A stretch of 64,000 bases of DNA. Source: an uncultured virus (IMG/VR IMGVR_UViG_3300015360_000026). Taxonomy: Duplodnaviria; Heunggongvirae; Uroviricota; Caudoviricetes. A program made the position numbers and the translations under genes. The DNA is taken from the IMG/VR virus record IMGVR_UViG_3300015360_000026, one strand, 5' to 3'. Below the pieces are notes generated by a model. It had not been told where the DNA came from. It saw only the letters and a program-made list of their open reading frames with translations, and ran no database searches. Positions 1 through 7,685 of this stretch are shown one piece after another; positions within the stretch are counted from its first letter, which is position 1; every line of letters starts with the position of its first letter.

Positions 1-94
1 GGGACAAAACTTCCGGGGTGAGCGTCTTGCCGTTAGCGTCCTGACGGCTCTGGTAATTACGACGCGACGACGCACTTGCAACGCCATGACTCAT
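1..94 (-). CDS. hypothetical protein, 5' part only (runs off the window edge)
   Basis: GGAGG SD then ATG at 94; open frame MSHGVASASSRRNYQ... to position 1. Confidence 0.45.
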   Translation of the reverse strand, partial: MSHGVASASSRRNYQSRQDANGKTLTPEVLS

Positions 95-193
95 GGCATC
101 TTCCTCCGACAAATTGGGGATGGGAACAAAACACCAGTGCCGACCTGTCCCGCGATTCCTTCCGGACAGACCTACCGCACCCGCATCCTCGAC

Positions 194-646
194 CTACTTC
201 AGCCAGACCGTACCCCGCACGGGGTCGACGGCGTATGACGCAGGTTCGTCGGGTGGCGGCAGGTTGAACACACGCAACAGAACGTGGTTCCCGGCGAACG
301 ACCCTTGGATCAAGACCTCGGGACCGTCCATATCACCATTGTAGAGAGTGGGTGCAGACCAACCCACTTTCTCGACCACCGACATCGCCGACAAAATGCG
401 GGTCACATCGAGGCAAAAGCCGGACACGCAGCGGTGCCCGTCGTTGGCCCCGCCCCGCCATTCGTTGGGCGTGGGGAACACGGAAACCATCCAACCAGGA
501 AACGAGTTATGAGGGTTGGTCGGCTCCCACAGACGATACCCCAAGGGGCCGATAAAGCCCAGAGGGGTCATGGCTGAGAGGACGGTCTCGACCAGGGCGT
601 CCACCCACTTGGGGGGCTCGCAGGTGTGGATCTCGAACACACTCAC
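194..646 (-). CDS. conserved hypothetical protein resembling a planctomycete family
   Basis: 150 aa; PLGYR...VFPTPNE..GG..DG....GF.LD and GPE..I.G...G..V.LRV...PP.DE pattern recalled from Planctomycetes hypotheticals. Confidence 0.6.
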   Translation of the reverse strand: MSVFEIHTCEPPKWVDALVETVLSAMTPLGFIGPLGYRLWEPTNPHNSFPGWMVSVFPTPNEWRGGANDGHRCVSGFCLDVTRILSAMSVVEKVGWSAPTLYNGDMDGPEVLIQGSFAGNHVLLRVFNLPPPDEPASYAVDPVRGTVWLK

Positions 647-659
647 GGCGTACTCACGG

Positions 660-2180
660 TTACTCGGAGCTTCCCTGCCCCTGGACTTTTTGTTTCTTGT
701 GCCTACGGGCCGTACTCAAAATCGACGGACCGAACTCACCAAGTCGGACACCGTTGAACGCCCGGTTGTCCCAGTACACATCGGCCATGACCTTGCCGCT
801 GGAACCAGGAGGCTGGTCGGGGTTCTCGTTGATGTGGTCAAAGGGGATGCCATGCTCCTCCATCCACGTCTCGATCAACTTCGGGTTGTTGCGAACCGTG
901 AAGATGATAATCCGAACGCCCGCTTCGTGTAAGAGCTTCATCCACTTCTTCGCCCCGCGACGGGGCAGACCGATGAAGTCCGGGTCATGCGGCTGCTTCT
1001 CCTCGGCCAGCGTCCCGTCGAGGTCAACGGCCACCGAGAACCGGCGTTCCTTGTAGTCGGCAGCCGTCTTGTCGGCGTAGTGGTTGATGACCTTGACGGA
1101 CGGATCAGACCGCCACCGGGGAAGGTACGCCTTGTAGATCTGAGTGCCGACCTTGGCCTTGGCCACCCGCTGCTTCCGCCACTCAAGCTCGTCGAGGCCC
1201 ATGGCCTTCGGGTTGTACTTGCTACTCGACCGGTCGCGGGTCAATCGCTGCTCGACGAGGCGATCAAGCGGCGTGTCGATGAGGTGCCGCTCGTGGGCCT
1301 TGAGCAACTCAGGATCACCGTGCATGAGCTGCACGCCCTCAATGATCGACGGCACCTTGGCCTTCCGGATCGCATCCTCAACGAGCTTGCGGTTGTTCAG
1401 GCGACGCATGGCGTTCTTCTCTTCGGGGTCGAGGTGAGACACCTCCATGCCCTTCCACTGCTTCCACAACGGGTGGGCGTCGAGTGATACATGAGGCATC
1501 TTGTTTTCGCCCGACAACTTCTTGGCGTATGTCGTCTTGCCTGCCCCCGAGAAACCTGTGACGAGGATGTGCTTCAAAGCTGGCGGCAGCCCCTTCAGGT
1601 GCTTGAGCACCTCCATACGCTTCGCGTTCGCTGCCACCAGCGTCGGACTCAGGCCGTCCTGCTTCGACATGGCCATGGCTTCGTCAATGTCGTAAAGTCC
1701 CACGCCCTTGCGGGACACCGGCTCAACCAGCTTGTTACCGTGGGGCTCGCCCAGATCGCCGACGAAGTAGTGCGTCCGGGAACCCCGGTAGGTCTTGGCC
1801 CGCTCGGCCTGCTTTTTTCCGCTGTAGGGCGGCGACCAGTCCAACTCGTGCGGGTCGAATGGAAGAGGTCGGGGGTTGTGGACGTGGTATCCGCTTTCTT
1901 CCGCGAACTCGCGGACCGCAGCCGTCGCCGGGTCTTCACCAGGGTCGATGCCGCCACCGAACGTCAGGAAGTTGCCAGCGTCAGCGAGACCCCCGAAGAT
2001 TTTGCCGTCCTTCATGGCAAACATCTCGGCACGATCGCGGTACGGCTTCGGGTTGCTTTCTTGCGTGACGCCAGGCAGACTGGTACTCAGAGCCGCCAAC
2101 GCAGCCTTCGTCAGGCTGAGGCGGTCTTCCGGGACCCGTGGGGCCAGAATCCGCAAGATCGGATCTTCGGACTCAAACAT
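660..2180 (-). CDS. Nudix hydrolase / P-loop kinase / HAD phosphatase fusion (PNKP-like)
   Basis: Nudix box GGIDPGEDPATAAVREFAEESGY; Walker A ILVTGFSGAGKTT; HAD motif VAVDLDGT with FTVR and K..ADVYWD. Confidence 0.85.
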   Translation of the reverse strand: MFESEDPILRILAPRVPEDRLSLTKAALAALSTSLPGVTQESNPKPYRDRAEMFAMKDGKIFGGLADAGNFLTFGGGIDPGEDPATAAVREFAEESGYHVHNPRPLPFDPHELDWSPPYSGKKQAERAKTYRGSRTHYFVGDLGEPHGNKLVEPVSRKGVGLYDIDEAMAMSKQDGLSPTLVAANAKRMEVLKHLKGLPPALKHILVTGFSGAGKTTYAKKLSGENKMPHVSLDAHPLWKQWKGMEVSHLDPEEKNAMRRLNNRKLVEDAIRKAKVPSIIEGVQLMHGDPELLKAHERHLIDTPLDRLVEQRLTRDRSSSKYNPKAMGLDELEWRKQRVAKAKVGTQIYKAYLPRWRSDPSVKVINHYADKTAADYKERRFSVAVDLDGTLAEEKQPHDPDFIGLPRRGAKKWMKLLHEAGVRIIIFTVRNNPKLIETWMEEHGIPFDHINENPDQPPGSSGKVMADVYWDNRAFNGVRLGEFGPSILSTARRHKKQKVQGQGSSE

Positions 2181-2209
2181 TGACTTGTCCCCTTTTGGGG
2201 TGATAAGCT
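2180..2209 (+). promoter_or_regulatory. sigma70-like promoter of csrA
   Basis: TTGACT (2180-2185), 18 nt spacer, TGa-TAAGCT extended -10 (2204-2209). Confidence 0.5.
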
Positions 2210-2251
2210 AACCACGCCTCGGAAACGCTGACAACTCGAAAGGAGTCGATC

Positions 2252-2446
2252 ATGCTCGTACTTTCACGCAAGGCCGGCGAGAAGATCCACATTGGCGACA
2301 ACATCGTGTTGACCATCGTCGAGGTTCGCGGCAACAAGGTTCGCCTCGGCCTCGTGGCCCCGGCCGACGTTGCCGTGCACCGCGAAGAGGTCTTCGAGGC
2401 GATCAAGGCGTCGCAGGCGAACGCAGAGGTCGCGGCCCGGAGCTAG
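2252..2446 (+). CDS. csrA: carbon storage regulator CsrA/RsmA
   Basis: MLVLSRKAGEKIHIGDNIVLTIVEVRGNKVRLGLVAPADVAVHREEV is canonical CsrA; AAGGAG SD. Confidence 0.97.
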   Translation: MLVLSRKAGEKIHIGDNIVLTIVEVRGNKVRLGLVAPADVAVHREEVFEAIKASQANAEVAARS

Positions 2447-2994
2447 TCCGAGTCCGCCTTGCGGGTGCCGTTGCGACCGAGAACGCCGCGACGGCGAACC
2501 GCACACGTGATGTGGAAGTCGTACTCGCCCCCTTTGGGGCGAGACGACAGCCCGTAAGACCGCCGCAGCTTCTGAAGTTCCGGTGAGTGGATCGTTGTAA
2601 ACCACACCTTCTCCACGCCCGGCCACCCGTCAGGCTCCACTTCCTTCAGCCTCCCCAGCGTGTACGTGAACTGCTTGCCACGCTCCGTGATCTTGTCGAC
2701 GCCGCCGATCTCCTCGACCTCTTCCTTGCGGATGACCGAGATGTGAGCGTTGAACGGCTGGTCGCCGTGGCCCGGCGGCAACTCGACGCCCGGCTCCCTC
2801 ATAGACTTGAAGATGCCTCGCACCATGGCGTTGGGCACGGTGAGCATGATCCAGCCGCCGGGCGTCGCGTAGAGCGTCCCCGCCAGGTTGTACACCGGGA
2901 CAGGGACACCAGCCTCCTTGACAAACCGCTGGCCCAGGATGAAAGCAACCCGCTGGTGCACAGCGGGGCCGTTCGACACAGATAGCAGCGACAC
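2443..2994 (-). CDS. 2H phosphoesterase (2'-5' RNA ligase / cyclic phosphodiesterase / Acb1-like fold)
   Basis: two Hx(S/T) motifs, AHISV and FHITC, with 2H-typical spacing. Confidence 0.75.
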   Translation of the reverse strand: MSLLSVSNGPAVHQRVAFILGQRFVKEAGVPVPVYNLAGTLYATPGGWIMLTVPNAMVRGIFKSMREPGVELPPGHGDQPFNAHISVIRKEEVEEIGGVDKITERGKQFTYTLGRLKEVEPDGWPGVEKVWFTTIHSPELQKLRRSYGLSSRPKGGEYDFHITCAVRRRGVLGRNGTRKADSD

Positions 2995-3003
2995 GGTAGC
3001 CTC

Positions 3004-3444
3004 CTACTTAACGGTCGGCACGACGGTGAAGTACAACGTGAGGGCGGCGATGACGGCGGTGACGATCATACCGAGTACGCCCGCGACGATCTGCCCCCGT
3101 GACACGATCTTGGCCGTGTTCATGCCGTTGAAGTGTTTGTTGAGCTGGGTGATTCCGGTGGCAAGGTTGGCCAGGCTGTGCTGGATGAGGATGTGCTCAG
3201 TCTCAAGGTGGGACATCCGCTGCATGAGGGACGGCTGGCCGTTGCCGTCGCGGACGATTACCAACAGACTGGCGATGCTGTCATTAAGGGTGATCTGACT
3301 CTGTTGCATCTGACCCACGCACGCCGCCATCTTCACCTCGGCCGAGTGTGCGTCACGAAGGTCCTCCCGGAGTTGATCGACCGAGACCGTGAGCGTCTCC
3401 ATGCCGGCGGTCAGTTTGATGATGGACTGTTCGGTAGCGTTCAT
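3004..3444 (-). CDS. coiled-coil protein with C-terminal transmembrane helix (possible holin/lysis-associated)
   Basis: start MNATEQ at 3444 with GGAG SD; heptad-like region; GNGQPSLMQR; hydrophobic C-terminus IVAGVLGMIVTAVIAALTLYF. Confidence 0.6.
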   Translation of the reverse strand: MNATEQSIIKLTAGMETLTVSVDQLREDLRDAHSAEVKMAACVGQMQQSQITLNDSIASLLVIVRDGNGQPSLMQRMSHLETEHILIQHSLANLATGITQLNKHFNGMNTAKIVSRGQIVAGVLGMIVTAVIAALTLYFTVVPTVK

Positions 3445-3462
3445 CTGCAACTCCGTTTGCAG
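3445..3462 (-). promoter_or_regulatory. putative CsrA-binding hairpin covering the SD
   Basis: minus strand CUGCAA-ACGGAG-UUGCAG directly before ATG 3444; ANGGA in a hexaloop. Confidence 0.6.
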
Positions 3463-3477
3463 TTCGGGGCGAAGAGA

Positions 3478-3696
3478 GTGTCGTCGGCCGTGCTTGCCTC
3501 CCAGGATCGCCCACTCTGGGTCCAACGCCTCACCTCTTGCGAGGCTGGGCAACACGGTGGCTTAGCGGCGTTCCACCGATACCTCCAGGCACCCGGCCTT
3601 TCCGCCACGGTGCCCTTACCTCGGGTTTACGGCAGTCCCTGCCAACCCACGCTTACCTGCCGACGCCAGCAGCAAGGCAAGCACGACCGACGACAC
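3478..3696 (-). ncRNA. putative ~220-nt multibranch structured RNA
   Basis: 22-bp closing stem 3478-3499/3675-3696 (one G.U on minus strand) enclosing about six short hairpins; promoter just upstream. Confidence 0.7.
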
Positions 3697-3700
3697 CCGC

Positions 3701-3730
3701 ATTATCAAGGCAATCGTGCTTCAAAATCAA
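3701..3730 (-). promoter_or_regulatory. sigma70-like promoter for the structured RNA
   Basis: TTGATT (3730-3725), 18 nt, GATAAT (3706-3701); predicted start falls at the 5' arm of the stem. Confidence 0.5.
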
Positions 3731-4011
3731 GCCGGAGGAGCTTTGCGGGCAGGCACAGACACTCGGTGACCGGTGAACTCGCGGGCCTTGTGATATTTCC
3801 GGCCACACTCGCAGCGGGCACTGAGTGTCGCCAGGGCACGATCGCCACTCTGCTGCGTGTGGCTCCAAACGGGGCCTACGACCGTTTCCGCCCACTGACA
3901 CTGCACGTACACGCAGATTTGTTTGACCTTCTTCTCGTTTAGAGCTGACGCGAAGTGCACCGAAGCGGGGGCGACGAACTTGGACTTCTTCCGTGGTCGA
4001 AGGGGTGGCAT
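3727..4011 (-). CDS. small basic Cys-rich hypothetical protein
   Basis: 94 aa with GAGG SD; QCQW and CECG. Confidence 0.6.
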   Translation of the reverse strand: MPPLRPRKKSKFVAPASVHFASALNEKKVKQICVYVQCQWAETVVGPVWSHTQQSGDRALATLSARCECGRKYHKAREFTGHRVSVPARKAPPA

Positions 4012-4024
4012 TATTTCCTCCGTG

Positions 4025-4234
4025 TTAGCCGTTAATGTCGTCGAGCGGCTTACCCTCTATGGCTCGGTTGTAGCCCCGACGCCACGCTCCGCGACGTTGC
4101 CGTTGTACGCCCTGGCCGATCTTGTACGGTTGATCGTTACGACCGGCCAGGGCGTCTTCGTACCCTCGACGGTAGCACGAGAAGAGATGCTTCTGCCAGC
4201 GAAACTTGGCGTCGCGTGGGTGTACCTTGGACAT
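4025..4234 (-). CDS. ribosome modulation factor (RMF/CrpP)-like small protein
   Basis: YRRGYEDALAGRNDQPY...RRGAWRRGYNRA follows the RMF pattern RGY.A...GR....PY......W..G(W/Y)..A. Confidence 0.55.
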   Translation of the reverse strand: MSKVHPRDAKFRWQKHLFSCYRRGYEDALAGRNDQPYKIGQGVQRQRRGAWRRGYNRAIEGKPLDDING

Positions 4235-4248
4235 TGGCGGTGCCTATG

Positions 4249-4287
4249 AAAATTGACCGGCCGGGTAGTCATTACCCGGCCGGTCAA
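4249..4287 (-). terminator. perfect 15-bp hairpin, possible intrinsic terminator
   Basis: TTGACCGGCCGGGTA-gtcat-TACCCGGCCGGTCAA, followed by a short U run on minus strand. Confidence 0.55.
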
Positions 4288-4329
4288 CCTGGTGTCCTCC
4301 ATCCCCGGAGGACTTGATCGGACGGGGAT

Positions 4330-4638
4330 TTACTTCGCCTTCTTGGCCTTCTTCCCCTCGTCCGTGATCTGATAGATCTTGTGGATGCTACTGGTCTCCG
4401 GATCGCTGCTCTCACCCGTCACGGACAACCACCCCTTCTTCGTGCAAGACTCGACCGTCTCGCGGTCGGCCTTGGCACCAGCGACGGCCGTTCCCTTCGC
4501 CGTCTCAACCGTGGTAGCCGACTTGGGCTTACCGTCCTTGGTCACAGTCCGAACACTGATCCGTCGTCCGCCGGCAATCACGTCCAAGATCGCCTTCTGC
4601 TTTGGTGTCGGTTTGGACACCTTCACTGTCGTCGCCAC
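4330..4638 (-). CDS. small basic protein, possible winged helix
   Basis: GGAGG then GTG; TPKQKAILDVI, KGWL, YQITDEGKKA. Confidence 0.55.
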   Translation of the reverse strand: MATTVKVSKPTPKQKAILDVIAGGRRISVRTVTKDGKPKSATTVETAKGTAVAGAKADRETVESCTKKGWLSVTGESSDPETSSIHKIYQITDEGKKAKKAK

Positions 4639-4738
4639 GCTATCCTCCATCAGTTGTAACACGTCGCAGCGGACACGCCAAGTGTCCGCGTAAACAAAGC
4701 GAGGGCGATCGTACACCGCCCCGCCGATCCGTTGAAGC

Positions 4739-6529
4739 TCAGTCGTCTTCTTTTTTCAGTTTGATGATCTTACGCGGCAGTCGCTCCATCTTCTTGTGGA
4801 ACGCCTCACGGGCCTTTTCCTTCCGCTCTTCGATCGCCTTCTTGTGGGCCTTATCGCTCATCGCCTCCTTGAGTGACTCCGACAACGGGGCCGCGACCGG
4901 GGTGACGCTGCTGCCGCCGACGTACTGCTGGGGCGTGGCCACGTGGGTGACCTTGATGGGGGTCGTCGAGAAGACCACATTCGCCAGGAAGGACGTCAGC
5001 AGGACAGACGAGTGCTCGCTCAGTGGGGCCTTCTCGTCGAGGAAGTCCCGGAAGTTCTTGCCGATCTCCTCGACGACCTGTTCCGCTTCGTAGTGGGTCT
5101 TGCCCGGCACCACGCAGCACCGCGTCAACTGAGCCAGGTACGCAAAGTTCTTCTTGAGCAGCGGCAGCAGGAAGGCCACCTGAGCCCGGATCTTGTCGTA
5201 AGTGTCGAGCTGCTCGGCCACCTTCTTCGCTGCCTCAATGATCTTGGCAGGGTCCTCAGACGGCGGCGGACCCTTGGGCAGCGTCCGCGTCTCGGGCACC
5301 CCCGCGAACAGGAACGCCATCAGATCGTCCGGCATGTCGGCCTTGTCGATCAGCTTCTCGGCAAAGCGCTTCTTAATCCACGGCGACACGATGAACTTCT
5401 CCGGCGGCTTGACCGTGGTCATCGTCACCGGCTTGGCGGGCGGGTTCTTCAACTCCTCCGTGCTCTTGGCGTGCGTCTTCGACATCGTCAGAGCCTCGGT
5501 CAGCGTGACGCCCATGGTCGAGCAAATGGCACTGAGGTGCTTCTTCTCTTCATCGGTCAACGCGGCAATGGTCGCCGCGACGAGTCCGCCCATGTCCGCA
5601 GGCACGTGGTACGAGGACGGGATCACAGGCCCCAGTGCGATCTCGGGCTCCTCGGTGCTCGGGGGCAGCTTCAGCTTGTTCTTCTCGGCCCACTTCTGGA
5701 CCTCGGTGCTAAACTTGACGGGCGTGACCTGGTTGTGGGCACCCGGCACCAGCCGCATCAGCTGGTCGGTCATGATGACCAGGTTGTACTCCAGGGACTG
5801 CTTCTCCTTGGGCGTCTCGGCCTTGTCGCGTGCCGAGTACAGCTTGGCGATGCCGTCTTGCAGATACTTCTGCTTCTTGGCCCGAGCTTCGAGGGACATG
5901 TCGACGACGGCTTGCGGCTCCTTGCCAGCCTTGCGACTGGTCAGCTCGACCGTGAACGCCGCTGCCCACTCCTGGTTGACGCGACAGCCGCACGGGTTGA
6001 GAGTGTACGTAAGAACCGGAATCTGCTCGATCATCGGCGACCCGGAGTCGATGTCGATCTGCCCGTTGGGCAGGGGGTACGCCTCCTTGCCGCCGTCGAG
6101 ACAGCGGACACGCTGGCAGCAACTCGGGCAAGTAATGTGGGGCTTCTGGGCCAACGCCTTCTCGTCGGCGATCGAATCAAACAGCATGTGGTCTGGCCTC
6201 TTCCCGCCGACGTACCTCTTTTTGACCCCGCCCTCCCTGTGTGGGTCATTCCCAGGTCCCGACCGGCCGGAGTAGATGTCTTCGAGGTCGTCCAGCCCGC
6301 CGGTCGCTTTGGCCCCGTAGCCAACGTCCTGCTTCATGGCGGTGGGCGATTCACTAGGTACTATTGTAAGTTCGTGACTTGCTTTCTGGCACTCCATGCC
6401 CCCGGCGACGGCGAGGAGGTAGGAGTCGTAGGCGTCATCGGCGGGCTTCCTGCCCTCGGTCACCGTCGCGATCTTGGCGAGCATGGACGCCCGGAGATTC
6501 TGGAACTTGGCGGCGGACTGTGAAAGCAT
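4739..6529 (-). CDS. hypothetical protein with Cys clusters
   Basis: long ORF; GGAGG before MLSQS; CPSC and PCGC. Confidence 0.7.
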   Translation of the reverse strand: MLSQSAAKFQNLRASMLAKIATVTEGRKPADDAYDSYLLAVAGGMECQKASHELTIVPSESPTAMKQDVGYGAKATGGLDDLEDIYSGRSGPGNDPHREGGVKKRYVGGKRPDHMLFDSIADEKALAQKPHITCPSCCQRVRCLDGGKEAYPLPNGQIDIDSGSPMIEQIPVLTYTLNPCGCRVNQEWAAAFTVELTSRKAGKEPQAVVDMSLEARAKKQKYLQDGIAKLYSARDKAETPKEKQSLEYNLVIMTDQLMRLVPGAHNQVTPVKFSTEVQKWAEKNKLKLPPSTEEPEIALGPVIPSSYHVPADMGGLVAATIAALTDEEKKHLSAICSTMGVTLTEALTMSKTHAKSTEELKNPPAKPVTMTTVKPPEKFIVSPWIKKRFAEKLIDKADMPDDLMAFLFAGVPETRTLPKGPPPSEDPAKIIEAAKKVAEQLDTYDKIRAQVAFLLPLLKKNFAYLAQLTRCCVVPGKTHYEAEQVVEEIGKNFRDFLDEKAPLSEHSSVLLTSFLANVVFSTTPIKVTHVATPQQYVGGSSVTPVAAPLSESLKEAMSDKAHKKAIEERKEKAREAFHKKMERLPRKIIKLKKEDD

Positions 6530-6584
6530 GAGGGGCCTCCCTTTCGGTGGCCCCTCAGTTAGAAACCAGCTTCTAGGAGCCGCG

Positions 6585-6971
6585 TCACTCCACCTTATCG
6601 TCTTCGTCATCCTGCGTCAGGGCCAACATGTGGATGATCGCCATCGCGAGCTGGAAGAAGATCTTGATGATCGCCATGATCCCGTCCTTGTGGGCAGCCC
6701 ACCACGTGGCCAGACGACCCTTGCCGGTCGGAGGCGGGGGCACCTCCTCCAGCATCTTGAGCAGCTGTGGCTGCTTGGCGATCTCCGCGTTGGCCGCTTC
6801 GTCCGTCGCCTGGGCCACGGCCCGCCGAGCCTGCCGTCGGGAGATCTGCTCTTTCTCGACGAGGTCATTGACGGCCCCACGTCGACCCATCAGCATCAGA
6901 ATGCCGCGAGCCGGGGCACCGGGTACGTCCAGGAGGTTCAGGGCCATCGGGTCTGCTTCTTCCACGATCAC
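6585..6971 (-). CDS. hypothetical protein
   Basis: 128 aa, overlaps the stop of the upstream gene; amphipathic C-terminal helix. Confidence 0.6.
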   Translation of the reverse strand: MIVEEADPMALNLLDVPGAPARGILMLMGRRGAVNDLVEKEQISRRQARRAVAQATDEAANAEIAKQPQLLKMLEEVPPPPTGKGRLATWWAAHKDGIMAIIKIFFQLAMAIIHMLALTQDDEDDKVE

Positions 6972-7456
6972 TCCTTGGTTGCGGTAAAGTGCTCTTCGAG
7001 TGCAGCCTTAGCGGCTGCCTCCTGCTGATCGACCTCGGCGAGGGCGGCGACGAACCGCTCCTCGTACTGTTCCTGACGGACGATCTTAGTGTCGACCATG
7101 AGTTTGACGAGGGCAAGGATGTTGGCGGACGTCGACCGGTAGTGGTCCTTGAGCCGCTTGACCTCGTCGCGGGTCAGGGCCTGTTCGTCGGCAACCGGCT
7201 CGTCGGTCTTGCCCACAGGGACGTTGGCGGCTTGCAAGAGTCGGAGGGCGTCAGCGACGTACGAGTAGCAGCCGATCATCTTGACGACGCCGGTCTTGGC
7301 GTCCTTGAGCGGATAGGACGCAGCCAGACACGGGTAGTGCTGTGGGCCGTTGCCCCAGCCCACCGCGTGGGGGTCGACGCCGACGCCCGAGGCCAACGTC
7401 TTGCGGTAGTTGTCCCAGTCGTCGGCGTTGTTCAGGAGCGTCCAGTTCGTCGCCAT
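6968..7456 (-). CDS. hypothetical protein
   Basis: 162 aa in the gene train. Confidence 0.65.
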   Translation of the reverse strand: MATNWTLLNNADDWDNYRKTLASGVGVDPHAVGWGNGPQHYPCLAASYPLKDAKTGVVKMIGCYSYVADALRLLQAANVPVGKTDEPVADEQALTRDEVKRLKDHYRSTSANILALVKLMVDTKIVRQEQYEERFVAALAEVDQQEAAAKAALEEHFTATKE

Positions 7457-7457
7457 C

Positions 7458-7685
7458 TCATACCTTCTGGTTTCGCACAGCCCACGCGGCGATGCCCGCC
7501 TTGGTGAGGCTCAGCTTCTTGCGGACGCGGGCGGCGTACGTGCGGACAGTTTCGTACCCAAGGTCCAGCTCGTCAGCGATGTGCTGGTAAGTCTTCCCTT
7601 CGGCGATCCCTCGCACCACGGCCAGCTCGCGATCCGACAGTTCCTTGTCGGAAGCCACATCGTTCTCCAATAGAGCTGCCATCAT
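7458..7685 (-). CDS. LuxR/GerE-type HTH regulator
   Basis: LSDRELAVVRGIAEGKTYQHIADELDLGYETVRTYAARVRKKL; ATGA overlap with upstream gene. Confidence 0.88.
   Translation of the reverse strand: MMAALLENDVASDKELSDRELAVVRGIAEGKTYQHIADELDLGYETVRTYAARVRKKLSLTKAGIAAWAVRNQKV

Noticed and set aside
140..175. UCCGGAAGGAA resembling the SRP RNA core
   Set aside because: Flanking CAGG and GCAG symmetric-loop elements and the long SRP stem are absent
3444..3555. N-terminal extension of the 3004-3555 ORF
   Set aside because: Overlaps the structured RNA; the ATG at 3444 has an SD
4943..6523. Long plus-strand ORFs (e.g. 4943-6523, 43554-45752, 48303-49802, 53030-54874)
   Set aside because: Antisense shadows of high-GC minus-strand genes; no motifs or SD, and biased composition
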